Numbered from the stretch's first letter, positions 17,267-26,398 are shown. The stretch is DNA of 32,000 nt from Vibrio vulnificus CMCP6 (GCF_000039765.1 NC_004459.3:1650001-1682000); one strand, 5' to 3'. A program made the numbers and translations. Notes: generated from the sequence alone by a model not told the origin.

Positions 17267-18697
17267 TCAGTTGTGTTTTACTTGTGTAAACTCAACTAAG
17301 TCTCGATAAAACTCACGCTCGAAGCGTGTGATAGGCGCAACATTACCACTCTCTTCACTTTTATCAGGGTAGTAATCGGTAATAAATTGAATGAAGGCGG
17401 CGCTTGGCTGTCCATTCTGATCTAAAACAAATCCTGCCATATTATAGCTGCCATAAAGTGAGCCACTTTTAGCGACGATCTGCCCTTTAACTGGATCACT
17501 GCGCATGCTTTGGCGGTACTTGAGGGTGCCGGACTCTCCGGATTTGGGCATTAATGCCACTAAACCGAGCTCTTTGTCGTGTTGCCAGATGTATTTTAAG
17601 ATCGACATCATATCCATAGGGTTGATTCGATTATTACGCGACAAGCCCGAACCGTCGGCGAGTTGAGCGCGAGAAAGATCGATTCCCGCTTTGGAATAAA
17701 GGATCTGTTTCACCGCTTCAGTGCCATTGGCAAAGCTACCGGGTTGCAAGTAAAAGCGAGCCCCAATCGCTTTGGTAAGGTTGTCGGCAATAAGATTATC
17801 AGAGTCCTTTAACATGGTGTCTAATAACTCTGGCAAGGTAGCTGAAGAGTGGCTGGCAATGACATTGGCTTTGTTCGGCATGACGCCAATTTTAATTTCT
17901 CCACCAAGTTCAATTTTGAGCTGTCTCAACAAGGTATATAAGGTTCGACTCGTGTATTGAGTTGAGTCTTGAATCGCGAACTTAAGGGGTAACGGTTTGT
18001 CTCTCTCAACCAGACAGCCTTGCAATTGATATTGGTTGTTATCCCCCGTCAACAGCTCTAAGTCGCAATGATTACTCTGCTGGATCGCTTTAGAGACGGT
18101 TTTCGCATTGGTTGTGACGTGAATCGGGTACTGCTCTGGCACGTAAACTCGAGTATTGCCATCGGCCAATGTGTAAATAGAAGCCTGAGCGCAGTTCTCA
18201 TCTAATGTGATGGCACTTGAAGGAGCACTGTAGCAAACACCCAAAATATCCCAAGGCCAACCCACAGCGCGCTCATAGCCTGTAAACACCGAGTTATCGA
18301 GCCAAAGGTCTCCACGAATGTTCGCGCCATTCTGCTGCTTGTAGGCTTCTAAAAGCTGTTTTAAATGTGCGGTTTTAAGCGTGGGATCGCCAGAGAAACG
18401 AATGCTGATGTCACGGCCATTGCTTAACAGTTCGGTGGTGAAGGCAAAGTCGTCTTCAAGTTCCAGTTTGGCCGCTAGGGCGGTGGCCAGTTTGAGTGTG
18501 CTTGCTGGAGGGAAAAAACGGGTATTTTGCGCTAAGGTTTGCCAAGAGGTTTGGTTTTGTAAGTCTTCTACCCAAATACTGCTTCTACTGCCATCTGGGA
18601 GGTTGCTTAGCGGTGAGTATTCTTCTGCCTGAATGGTGGAAGAAGTAGCAAGCAAGAAGCAAAAGCTCGATGTGAAAAGTGAAGCGAGAAAACGCAT
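17267..18697 (-). CDS. dacB: D-alanyl-D-alanine carboxypeptidase/endopeptidase PBP4
   Basis: 476 aa (E. coli DacB is 477 aa). It has a signal peptide, SxxK (STLK), SxN (SDN) and a KTG-like KSG motif. Synteny with greA as in E. coli. Confidence 0.85.
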   Translation of the reverse strand: MRFLASLFTSSFCFLLATSSTIQAEEYSPLSNLPDGSRSSIWVEDLQNQTSWQTLAQNTRFFPPASTLKLATALAAKLELEDDFAFTTELLSNGRDISIRFSGDPTLKTAHLKQLLEAYKQQNGANIRGDLWLDNSVFTGYERAVGWPWDILGVCYSAPSSAITLDENCAQASIYTLADGNTRVYVPEQYPIHVTTNAKTVSKAIQQSNHCDLELLTGDNNQYQLQGCLVERDKPLPLKFAIQDSTQYTSRTLYTLLRQLKIELGGEIKIGVMPNKANVIASHSSATLPELLDTMLKDSDNLIADNLTKAIGARFYLQPGSFANGTEAVKQILYSKAGIDLSRAQLADGSGLSRNNRINPMDMMSILKYIWQHDKELGLVALMPKSGESGTLKYRQSMRSDPVKGQIVAKSGSLYGSYNMAGFVLDQNGQPSAAFIQFITDYYPDKSEESGNVAPITRFEREFYRDLVEFTQVKHN

Positions 18698-18740
18698 AGT
18701 GACAACCCAATCTATCTAGAATGGCTTGATTATAGCGAGG

Positions 18741-18770
18741 ATAAAAAACGCCCGCTAGTTGCGGGCGTTT
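18741..18770 (-). terminator. Rho-independent terminator of ompU
   Basis: Minus strand: AAACGCCCGC-aacta-GCGGGCGTTT followed by further Ts. A perfect TATAAT (minus strand, complement of 18729-18734) follows directly and may be the dacB -10 box. Confidence 0.8.
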
Positions 18771-18791
18771 GCGATTCAGTCAAGGCTGAAA

Positions 18792-19814
18792 TTAGAAGTC
18801 GTAACGTAGACCTAGTGCTAGCTCGTCTTCTGCATCTGCTTTAGAGATAGTTGATGTACCAATCTTGTCACCAGCGTCTAGCAGGTTGAAGTTGTATGAT
18901 ACGTAACCACGGAAGTTAGGTTTGAAGTAGTAGGTTGCGTCAACGGCAAAGTTATCAGTTGAAGTGTAGCCATCAGTTTCAGCATTGTTGTATGTTGTGG
19001 TGAATACAGTTTGACCCATTGTGTATTTCGCCGCTAGTTCATAACCAGTGTAGTCTTCTACAGAAGAGAAACCACGGTGTGAATAGTCACCATTTGTGCC
19101 GTAGTCTTTTTCACCATCAGTAAATACACCTGCAAAGTACAGGTCGCCCATAGTGTAAGACGCCGCTAGCATGTATTCATTGCTCTTATCTTGATCTGCG
19201 TAACCACCACCAAGCGTTAGACCAGTTTGGCCGATAGCGTAGATAGCCGATAGAGAGTAGCCATCTTTACCGTTGTCGATGTAAGTGTTATCTACATTAT
19301 TCTTGCTTGAATCTGCACGGTCAGCAAAACGGTAGCTTGCTTTCACGCTTAGTGCATCGAATTGGCCTTTGTAAGACATCATGTTGTCTACGCGGTCAGC
19401 AACAGCGATTTTATCTGCCGCAGAGTTACCGTGGTAAGCCATGATATCGGTGAAGTCAGTGATAACACCTAGAGCGCCATCGTTTTTACCGTAAGTCACT
19501 TCACCAAACTTGCCACCTAGACCTGCGTAAGTGTAACGGTTGTCTAGATCGCTGCCATCAGCGTTGTCTGCAGTAGTGAATTCACCTTCGTAGAAACCAA
19601 CGCCGTATAGGCCGTCTTGGATTTCTACTTTACCTAGGAAGTTAAGACGGATACGAGAGTTGTCTGCAACTTTACCATCTTTCATAGATAGGCGAGCTTC
19701 AGCACGGCCACCCATGTCTAGAGAAGTACCATCTTGGTTGTAAAGTTCAGCAGCGTTAACACCAGTTGCCACTGCAGCAGCAGATACAGAAAGTGCGATT
19801 AATGTCTTTTTCAT
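18792..19814 (-). CDS. ompU: Major outer-membrane porin OmpU (general diffusion porin)
   Basis: 340 aa with signal peptide MKKTLIALSVSAAAVATGVNA|AE and C-terminal LALGLRYDF. There are long stretches I recognise from V. cholerae OmpU (RAEARLS.KDGK, NRYTYAG, GEVTYGKNDGALGVITDFTDIM, EYMLAASY, DATYYFKPNFR). The N-terminus and loops differ from the remembered N16961 allele. Confidence 0.85.
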   Translation of the reverse strand: MKKTLIALSVSAAAVATGVNAAELYNQDGTSLDMGGRAEARLSMKDGKVADNSRIRLNFLGKVEIQDGLYGVGFYEGEFTTADNADGSDLDNRYTYAGLGGKFGEVTYGKNDGALGVITDFTDIMAYHGNSAADKIAVADRVDNMMSYKGQFDALSVKASYRFADRADSSKNNVDNTYIDNGKDGYSLSAIYAIGQTGLTLGGGYADQDKSNEYMLAASYTMGDLYFAGVFTDGEKDYGTNGDYSHRGFSSVEDYTGYELAAKYTMGQTVFTTTYNNAETDGYTSTDNFAVDATYYFKPNFRGYVSYNFNLLDAGDKIGTSTISKADAEDELALGLRYDF

Positions 19815-19854
19815 TGTTTTGTTGTCCTAGTTTAGCTGTCCATAATCTTTTTGT

Positions 19855-19917
19855 TGTGAGACGAATATCTCACAGATTATCACTATGATTCTAGATTCAT
19901 AAATGAGATGCATCTCA
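19855..19917. repeat. Two inverted repeats sharing TGAGA/TCTCA arms upstream of ompU: TGTGAGA-cgaata-TCTCACA (19855-19874) and the perfect 14-bp palindrome TGAGATGCATCTCA (19904-19917)
   Basis: Read directly from the sequence. They lie 41-60 bp and 90-103 bp upstream of the ompU ATG. Function is unknown (operator or 5' UTR hairpin). Confidence 0.5.
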
Positions 19918-20277
19918 AATACTTGGCCAGAGTTATTGGTTGACGTCCAATGTTGTACAGCCAAAGTTCCATGATGGGTTAGTAAAATTATATAAATTCA
20001 ACTTATGAACACTGTTCGATTGTGTGGTTGCTTTTGTTAAGTTGTTGTTTTTAAGTGTATTTGCATTGTTTTACATGCCTCTGACATTGATGATTTTTTA
20101 TGGTTTTTTATCTATTTGTCGATATTTTGCTCGCATTTTTCACGGTGATATTGATGTGAAAATTGTCAAAATTGATAGGTGGTTTCGGCTTTTTGGCTTG
20201 GGTAAAAGCAAGAATGAAATTAAGGTGATTTAGGCTCAAAGTTTGTTTACACTAGGCGAAATTAATCCGTTCCGTGA

Positions 20278-20310
20278 CTACCTGATCATTCGGTCAGGTA
20301 GGTTTTTTTT
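20278..20310 (+). terminator. Intrinsic terminator in the greA leader (GraL-like attenuator)
   Basis: CTACCTGA-tcattcgg-TCAGGTAG followed by G and T8. It ends 33 nt before the greA ATG. E. coli greA has an analogous leader terminator that produces GraL RNAs. Confidence 0.7.
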
Positions 20311-20342
20311 GTCCAAAGATGACTTTGGCATTGAGGTTGAAA

Positions 20343-20816
20343 ATGGAAAAAGTTCCAATGACGGCTCGCGGCGAGCAATTGCTGCGTAAAGAATTAGAAA
20401 GACTTTTAAAAAGACGTCCACTGATCACTGAAGCGATCGCTGAAGCTCGTGAATTGGGTGACTTGAAAGAAAACGCAGAATATCACGCCGCTCGTGAAGA
20501 GCAGGGCATCTGTGAAGCTCAAATTCGTGACATCGAATATAAACTTTCTGTCGCTCAAGTGATTGATGTGAGCAAAATGGAAAATAACGGCAAAGTTATT
20601 TTCGGTGCAACGGTTACTTTGATTGACTGTGATACCGAAGAAGAAAAAACCTACCAAATCGTGGGTGATGATGAAGCGGACATTAAATCTGGCCGTATCT
20701 CTGTCAATTCACCGATAGCTCGTGGCCTTATTGGCAAGATGGAAGGCGACGAAGTGGCGATTTCAACGCCGGGTGGTATGAAAGACTTTGAAATTGATAG
20801 CGTTGAATACCGATAA
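20343..20816 (+). CDS. greA: Transcription elongation/cleavage factor GreA
   Basis: [22 protein letters not shown]... aligns with E. coli GreA (158 aa). ATG at 20343 with a GAGGT SD. The 8-codon extension in the ORF track (20319) is unlikely to be real. Confidence 0.92.
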   Translation: MEKVPMTARGEQLLRKELERLLKRRPLITEAIAEARELGDLKENAEYHAAREEQGICEAQIRDIEYKLSVAQVIDVSKMENNGKVIFGATVTLIDCDTEEEKTYQIVGDDEADIKSGRISVNSPIARGLIGKMEGDEVAISTPGGMKDFEIDSVEYR

Positions 20817-20836
20817 TTTCCTATCAATCGCACATC

Positions 20837-20868
20837 AAAAAGGTCGCCAATGGCGACCTTTCTTTTGT
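20837..20868. terminator. Bidirectional terminator between the convergent greA and yhbY
   Basis: AAAGGTCGCC-aat-GGCGACCTTT, preceded by an A-run and followed by CTTTTG. Confidence 0.75.
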
Positions 20869-20888
20869 GACTAGAAGAAGCACTTAAC

Positions 20889-21185
20889 TTACTTACGAGG
20901 AAGTTCAATCTTGCGCTCTTCAGATTGGCGATAAAGTACAAGTGTCTTACCAATTACTTGCACTTTCTCTGCGCCAGTTTCACGCACAATGGCATCAACA
21001 ATCAGCAATTTTGTTTCACGATCTTCAGATGCGATCTTTATTTTGATCAGCTCGTGAAAGTCCAATGCGATTTCGATTTCGGCTAGCACGGCTTCAGTAA
21101 GTCCATTTGCGCCCATTAGCACAACAGGTTTTAAACTGTGAGCCAGGCCTTTTAGGTGCTGCTTTTGTTTGGTGCTTAGGTTCAT
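20889..21185 (-). CDS. yhbY: Ribosome assembly RNA-binding protein YhbY (CRM domain)
   Basis: 98 aa. MNLSTKQKQHLKGLAHSLKPVVLMGANGLTEAVLAEIE... is typical of YhbY. It is divergent from rlmE as in E. coli. Confidence 0.88.
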   Translation of the reverse strand: MNLSTKQKQHLKGLAHSLKPVVLMGANGLTEAVLAEIEIALDFHELIKIKIASEDRETKLLIVDAIVRETGAEKVQVIGKTLVLYRQSEERKIELPRK

Positions 21186-21214
21186 TACGCCGCCATTTTT
21201 ATTTAAACTAAGGG

Positions 21215-21241
21215 TTGAAAAAACCTATTTTAACGCCATCT
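21215..21241 (+). promoter_or_regulatory. Candidate sigma32 heat-shock promoter of rlmE-ftsH
   Basis: TTGAAA (21215-21220), a 13-nt spacer, then CGCCATCT (21234-21241), compared with the consensus CTTGAAA-N13-14-CCCCATNT. It lies 83 nt upstream of the rlmE ATG. The E. coli rlmE-ftsH operon is heat-shock regulated. Confidence 0.55.
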
Positions 21242-21323
21242 ATTGCTGAAGACTATAATTTATTAATTAATAGGAACGACCTATTAAATTGATAACTCTG
21301 CAACTGGCTTTGTTGAGACTAGA

Positions 21324-21953
21324 ATGAGTAAACAAAAACATTCAGCGAGCTCTAGCCGCTGGTTAAAAGAACACTTTGACGACAAGTATGCGAATGAAGC
21401 CAGACGAAAAGGTTACCGTTCTCGTGCTATCTTTAAACTTGAAGAAATTCAACAAAAAGACAAATTGCTAAAACCCGGTATGACGGTTGTTGATCTGGGT
21501 GCTGCTCCGGGTGGTTGGTCGCAATACGCCATTGGAGTGGTTGGTGATAGTGGTCGTGTGATTGCTTGTGATATTTTGCCGATGGATTCCATCGCTGGTG
21601 TTTCCTTCCTTCAAGGCGATTTTCGTGAAGATGCGGTTTTGGAAGCGCTGCTTGAACGTATTCAACCTGACATGGTTGATGTTGTAATGTCAGATATGGC
21701 GCCAAATATTGCCGGTAACAACTCAGTCGATCAGCCAAGGGCAATGTATTTAGTTGAATTAGCTTTAGATATGTGTCGACAAGTTCTTGCACCTAATGGT
21801 AGCTTTGTCGTAAAGGTTTTCCAGGGTGAAGGCTTCGATGAATACGTCAAAGAAGTCCGAAACATGTTTAAAGTCGTAAAAATCAGAAAACCAGATTCAT
21901 CGCGAGCTCGCTCACGAGAAGTCTTTGTTGTAGCCACTGGTTACAAAGGTTAA
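21324..21953 (+). CDS. rlmE: 23S rRNA (uridine2552-2'-O)-methyltransferase RlmE (FtsJ/RrmJ)
   Basis: 209 aa with [10 protein letters not shown]...YRSRA.FKL and the SAM motif [13 protein letters not shown]. Same length as the E. coli enzyme. Confidence 0.92.
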   Translation: MSKQKHSASSSRWLKEHFDDKYANEARRKGYRSRAIFKLEEIQQKDKLLKPGMTVVDLGAAPGGWSQYAIGVVGDSGRVIACDILPMDSIAGVSFLQGDFREDAVLEALLERIQPDMVDVVMSDMAPNIAGNNSVDQPRAMYLVELALDMCRQVLAPNGSFVVKVFQGEGFDEYVKEVRNMFKVVKIRKPDSSRARSREVFVVATGYKG

Positions 21954-22060
21954 CTATTTGCCCTCACAGGTAAAAGTTAACACTATAGATACAGGTTACA
22001 AACTGTAGTACCCTACCTTTAATTACAATTAGTTATCGAGAGGCTGACACCTTGAGTGAC

Positions 22061-24013
22061 ATGGCAAAAAATTTAATTCTGTGGCTGGTTATCGCTGTCG
22101 TGTTAATGTCGGTATTTCAGAGCTTTGGCCCTGGAGAAAGTAACGGCAGAGCAGTGGATTACACCACATTCGTACAGGAAGTTGGTCAAGGCCAGATTCA
22201 AGAAGCAACGTTTAAAGACGGTGAAATTACCTTCGTTAGACGTGGCGGCGGCGGTAAGTTTGTAACTTACATGCCGGTATACGATCAGAAATTGCTGGAC
22301 GACCTGATCAACCAAAACGTTAAAGTACAAGGTACGCCTCCAGAAGAGCAAAGCTTGCTCGGTACTATCTTTATTTCTTGGTTCCCAATGATTCTACTCA
22401 TTGGTGTGTGGATATTCTTCATGCGTCAAATGCAAGGTGGCGGTGGCAAAGGTGCCATGTCATTTGGTAAGAGCAAAGCTCGCATGATGAGTGAAGAGCA
22501 GATCAAAACGACGTTTGGTGATGTCGCAGGTTGTGACGAAGCCAAAGAAGACGTTAAAGAGCTAGTGGATTATCTACGTGACCCAAGTCGTTTCCAAAAG
22601 CTGGGTGGTAAGATTCCAACTGGTGTTTTGATGGTAGGTCCTCCAGGTACGGGTAAAACCTTATTGGCAAAAGCCATTGCTGGTGAGGCGAAGGTGCCAT
22701 TTTTCACTATCTCTGGTTCTGACTTCGTTGAAATGTTTGTTGGTGTTGGTGCTTCGCGTGTTCGTGATATGTTCGAACAGGCCAAAAAAGCCTCACCATG
22801 CATCATCTTCATTGATGAAATCGATGCCGTAGGTCGCCAGCGTGGTGCAGGTGTTGGTGGTGGTCATGATGAACGTGAGCAAACACTAAACCAAATGCTA
22901 GTAGAAATGGATGGTTTCGAAGGTAACGAAGGCATTATCGTTATTGCGGCAACCAACCGTCCAGATGTTTTGGATCCTGCACTACTGCGTCCTGGTCGTT
23001 TTGACCGTCAAGTTGTGGTCGGTCTGCCGGATGTACGTGGTCGTGAACAGATCCTGAAAGTGCATATGCGTAAAGTACCGCTAGCCGGTGACGTTGAGCC
23101 TTCTCTTATTGCGCGTGGTACACCTGGTTTCTCGGGTGCTGATTTAGCCAACCTAGTTAACGAAGCGGCGCTATTTGCTGCGCGTGGTAATAAACGCAAC
23201 GTCTCTATGGTTGAATTTGAACTGGCAAAAGACAAAATCATGATGGGTGCAGAACGTCGCTCTATGGTGATGTCTGAAGAAATCAAAGAGTCAACGGCAT
23301 ACCATGAAGCGGGCCATGCGATCGTTGGTCGCCTTGTGCCTGAGCATGATCCTGTTTACAAAGTGTCGATTATTCCTCGCGGGCGTGCACTTGGTGTAAC
23401 CATGTACTTGCCAGAGCAAGACCGAGTCAGTATGTCTCGTCAGCACTTAGAGTCTATGATTTCAAGCCTATATGGCGGTCGTTTAGCTGAAGAACTGATT
23501 TACGGTGTAGATCGTGTATCAACAGGGGCTTCAAACGATATCGAACGTGCAACTGATATTGCTCGTAAGATGGTGACACAATGGGGCTTCTCTGAAAAAC
23601 TTGGTCCGATGCTTTATGCGGAGGAAGAAGGTGAAGTTTTCTTAGGACGTAGTGTGACACAAACTAAACATATGTCAGACGACACCGCAAAACTGATTGA
23701 TGATGAAGTTCGTAAGTTGATTGACCGCAACTATGAGCGTGCAAGACAAATCCTAATCGATAACATGGATATCATGCACGCAATGAAAGATGCGTTAATG
23801 AAATACGAAACCATCGATGCTGGTCAAATTGATGATCTGATGGCTCGCAAAGAGACCATTCGTGAACCAGCGGGTTGGGGTGATCAAGCGGCGACGGAGA
23901 AAACGGAAAAATCAGAAGCAAAAGCTGAAGAGAAAACCGCAGAGCCGGAAGTGACTGCTCAGTCTCAACCAGATGAAGTTCAGCAGCCTACTGACAAAAA
24001 AGATGCAGAATAG
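22061..24013 (+). CDS. ftsH: ATP-dependent zinc metalloprotease FtsH
   Basis: [22 protein letters not shown]..., Walker [12 protein letters not shown], and zinc motif HEAGH. I prefer ATG 22061 (MAKNLILW, as in E. coli). The ORF track starts at TTG 22052, three codons upstream, which remains possible. Confidence 0.93.
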   Translation: MAKNLILWLVIAVVLMSVFQSFGPGESNGRAVDYTTFVQEVGQGQIQEATFKDGEITFVRRGGGGKFVTYMPVYDQKLLDDLINQNVKVQGTPPEEQSLLGTIFISWFPMILLIGVWIFFMRQMQGGGGKGAMSFGKSKARMMSEEQIKTTFGDVAGCDEAKEDVKELVDYLRDPSRFQKLGGKIPTGVLMVGPPGTGKTLLAKAIAGEAKVPFFTISGSDFVEMFVGVGASRVRDMFEQAKKASPCIIFIDEIDAVGRQRGAGVGGGHDEREQTLNQMLVEMDGFEGNEGIIVIAATNRPDVLDPALLRPGRFDRQVVVGLPDVRGREQILKVHMRKVPLAGDVEPSLIARGTPGFSGADLANLVNEAALFAARGNKRNVSMVEFELAKDKIMMGAERRSMVMSEEIKESTAYHEAGHAIVGRLVPEHDPVYKVSIIPRGRALGVTMYLPEQDRVSMSRQHLESMISSLYGGRLAEELIYGVDRVSTGASNDIERATDIARKMVTQWGFSEKLGPMLYAEEEGEVFLGRSVTQTKHMSDDTAKLIDDEVRKLIDRNYERARQILIDNMDIMHAMKDALMKYETIDAGQIDDLMARKETIREPAGWGDQAATEKTEKSEAKAEEKTAEPEVTAQSQPDEVQQPTDKKDAE

Positions 24014-24030
24014 GTTTTAATTAATAAGGA

Positions 24031-24056
24031 AACCCCGAGGCAACTCGGGGTTTTTG
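24031..24056 (+). terminator. Intrinsic terminator/attenuator between ftsH and folP
   Basis: AACCCCGAG-gcaa-CTCGGGGTT followed by further Ts. It ends 11 nt before the folP ATG. Confidence 0.75.
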
Positions 24057-24066
24057 TATTTCTACT

Positions 24067-24897
24067 ATGATTCTACGTTCCCAAAAAAAATCCTTAGATC
24101 TTTCATTCCCTGTTGTGATGGGAATTCTTAATGTCACACCTGACTCGTTTTCCGATGGAGGCCAATTTAATGCGCTTGATGCGGCATTGGCCCAAGCCGA
24201 GCGAATGATTGCTGCCGGTGTGAGTATCATTGATGTCGGTGGTGAGTCAACACGTCCAGGTGCGCCAGAAGTCTCATTGGAAGAAGAGTTGAAGCGCGTT
24301 ATTCCTGCAATTCAAGCCATTCGGCAAAAGCACGATGTTTGGATCTCTATTGATACCAGCAAAGCGGAAGTGATGAAGCAAGCCATTGAAGCCGGTGCGG
24401 ATCTCATTAATGATGTTCGCGCATTGAAGGAGCCAGGGGCCTTGGCAGTTGCCGCGAAAGCCCAAGTTCCGATTTGTCTGATGCACATGCAAGGCCAACC
24501 TCGAAGCATGCAGCATAACCCAAGCTATCAAGATGTATTAAAAGAGGTCAGCGAATTTTTGGAAGAGCGTGTTGCAGCCTGTGAAGAAGCCGGTATTGCA
24601 AAAGAGCTGCTTATTCTTGACCCTGGGTTTGGTTTTGGCAAAACCATCGAACACAATTATCATCTGTTAGCGCATTTAGAGGCATTTCATCAATTAGGTT
24701 TGCCGATTTTGGCGGGCATGTCTCGTAAATCGATGGTTTTTAAATTACTGAACAAAAAGCCTGCAGAGTGCATGGTGGCTAGTGTAACATGTGCGACGAT
24801 TGCTGCTATGAAAGGCGCTCAGATCATTCGCGTTCATGATGTCGAAGAAACCGTTGAAGCGATGCGAGTCATTCAAATGATGCATAAAAATATCTGA
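24067..24897 (+). CDS. folP: Dihydropteroate synthase
   Basis: 276 aa. SLDLSFPVVMGILNVTPDSFSDGG...DVGGESTRPGA...RVHDVEETVEAMRV is collinear with E. coli FolP. Confidence 0.92.
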   Translation: MILRSQKKSLDLSFPVVMGILNVTPDSFSDGGQFNALDAALAQAERMIAAGVSIIDVGGESTRPGAPEVSLEEELKRVIPAIQAIRQKHDVWISIDTSKAEVMKQAIEAGADLINDVRALKEPGALAVAAKAQVPICLMHMQGQPRSMQHNPSYQDVLKEVSEFLEERVAACEEAGIAKELLILDPGFGFGKTIEHNYHLLAHLEAFHQLGLPILAGMSRKSMVFKLLNKKPAECMVASVTCATIAAMKGAQIIRVHDVEETVEAMRVIQMMHKNI

Positions 24898-24925
24898 GTA
24901 AAAAAGAATATAAGAAGGAATAAAC

Positions 24926-26266
24926 ATGTCGGATAAAAGACGTTATTTTGGTACAGATGGTGTTCGTGGGAAAGTAGGTCAGTATCCTATTACTCCCGAC
25001 TTTGTACTAAAACTTGGCTGGGCTGCAGGTCGTGTATTAGCGAAGCAAGGAACGAAAAAAGTTATTATCGGCAAAGATACGCGTATTTCAGGCTATATGC
25101 TTGAGTCTGCTTTAGAGGCGGGGCTTGCGGCTGCGGGTTTAAAGGCGACTTTTACTGGGCCGATGCCAACACCTGCTGTGGCGTACTTGACACAAACATT
25201 CCGTGCTGAAGCTGGTATCGTGATCTCTGCTTCTCACAATCCATACTATGACAATGGCATTAAATTTTTCTCTTCTGAAGGGACAAAATTACCCGATGAT
25301 ATTGAGTTAGCTATTGAAGCTGAGTTGGATAAAGAAATCGAATGCGTAGAGTCTGCAGAATTAGGTAAAGCGACACGTCTCAACGACGCGGCTGGTCGTT
25401 ATATTGAATTTTGTAAAAGTACGTTCCCTTCAGAGTTGAGCCTAGCAAAACTTAAAATCGTTGTAGATTGTGCCAATGGTGCAACGTATCACATTGCGCC
25501 AAATGTGTTTACTGAACTGGGTGCCGATGTTATTGCTATGGGCGTAACGCCAAACGGCACCAATATTAACCATGAAGTAGGCGCAACCGATGTACGCGCT
25601 CTACAACAACGTGTTGTTGAAGAGCAAGCGGATTTAGGATTGGCGTTTGACGGTGATGGTGACCGAATTATCATGGTCGATCACTTAGGTAATAAAGTCG
25701 ACGGCGACCAAATTGCCTATATTATTGCGCGAGATGCATTGCGTCGTGGTGAACTTAAAGGGGGCGTAGTGGGCACCCTTATGACTAACCTTGGTATGGA
25801 AAATGGCCTCAAGCAACTGGGTATTCCATTTGTACGCGCTGCGGTTGGCGATCGCTATGTGATGGAAAAACTGTTAGAGAAAGGTTGGAAGATCGGCGCT
25901 GAAAACTCTGGACACGTAATTCTGCTGGATAAAGTAACTACTGGCGATGCCATTGTTGCCGCATTGCAGGTGTTGGCATCTGTTGTGGGCAGTGAACTAT
26001 CACTAAATGAGCTTTCAAAAGGCATGACACTTTACCCACAAGTGCTCGAAAACGTGCGCTTTGCTGGACAAGGTAATCCACTAGAAGCCGAAGCCGTTAA
26101 AAAAACCGTGGAAGACGTTGAAGCCGATTTGGGCAGTAAAGGCCGAGTTCTGTTGCGTAAATCAGGCACCGAGCCATTAATTCGTGTGATGGTAGAAGGC
26201 GAAGATGGTGAACTTGTACAAAACAGTGCACTTAAAATAGCACAAGCAGTGAAAGACAACTGCTAA
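24926..26266 (+). CDS. glmM: Phosphoglucosamine mutase
   Basis: 446 aa. [10 protein letters not shown], phosphoserine loop SASHNP, and DGDGDR. AAGGAA SD. Confidence 0.93.
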   Translation: MSDKRRYFGTDGVRGKVGQYPITPDFVLKLGWAAGRVLAKQGTKKVIIGKDTRISGYMLESALEAGLAAAGLKATFTGPMPTPAVAYLTQTFRAEAGIVISASHNPYYDNGIKFFSSEGTKLPDDIELAIEAELDKEIECVESAELGKATRLNDAAGRYIEFCKSTFPSELSLAKLKIVVDCANGATYHIAPNVFTELGADVIAMGVTPNGTNINHEVGATDVRALQQRVVEEQADLGLAFDGDGDRIIMVDHLGNKVDGDQIAYIIARDALRRGELKGGVVGTLMTNLGMENGLKQLGIPFVRAAVGDRYVMEKLLEKGWKIGAENSGHVILLDKVTTGDAIVAALQVLASVVGSELSLNELSKGMTLYPQVLENVRFAGQGNPLEAEAVKKTVEDVEADLGSKGRVLLRKSGTEPLIRVMVEGEDGELVQNSALKIAQAVKDNC

Positions 26267-26299
26267 ATTATCACAAGCTTATCTTCTAGGATGTGAAAG

Positions 26300-26327
26300 G
26301 AGCTACTTTGAAAGTAGCTCTTTTTTT
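26300..26327 (+). terminator. Rho-independent terminator of glmM
   Basis: GAGCTACTTT-g-AAAGTAGCTC followed by T7. Confidence 0.8.
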
Positions 26328-26398
26328 CGGTTAAAATTGATATTTTGCCCCTTTTTTAACCGTTCAGTGCATTGTGTTCTTTTTTTTGTATTTTTCGC

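Noticed and set aside
19855-19874. TGTGAGA...TCTCACA considered as a CRP site
   Set aside because: The TGTGA and TCACA half-sites are separated by 10 bp instead of 6. It is retained only as an unexplained inverted repeat.
20024-20233. 69-aa ORF in the ompU-greA intergenic region
   Set aside because: It has a GTG start without an SD. Its Phe/Leu/Ile-rich sequence is produced by phased T-tracts in promoter DNA, and it overlaps the probable ompU and greA control regions.
20161-20277. Attempted sigma70 and sigmaE promoter calls for greA
   Set aside because: The hexamer matches (TACACT at 20248-20253; TCAAA at 20236-20240 without a GGAACTT-like -35) are too weak to report as features.
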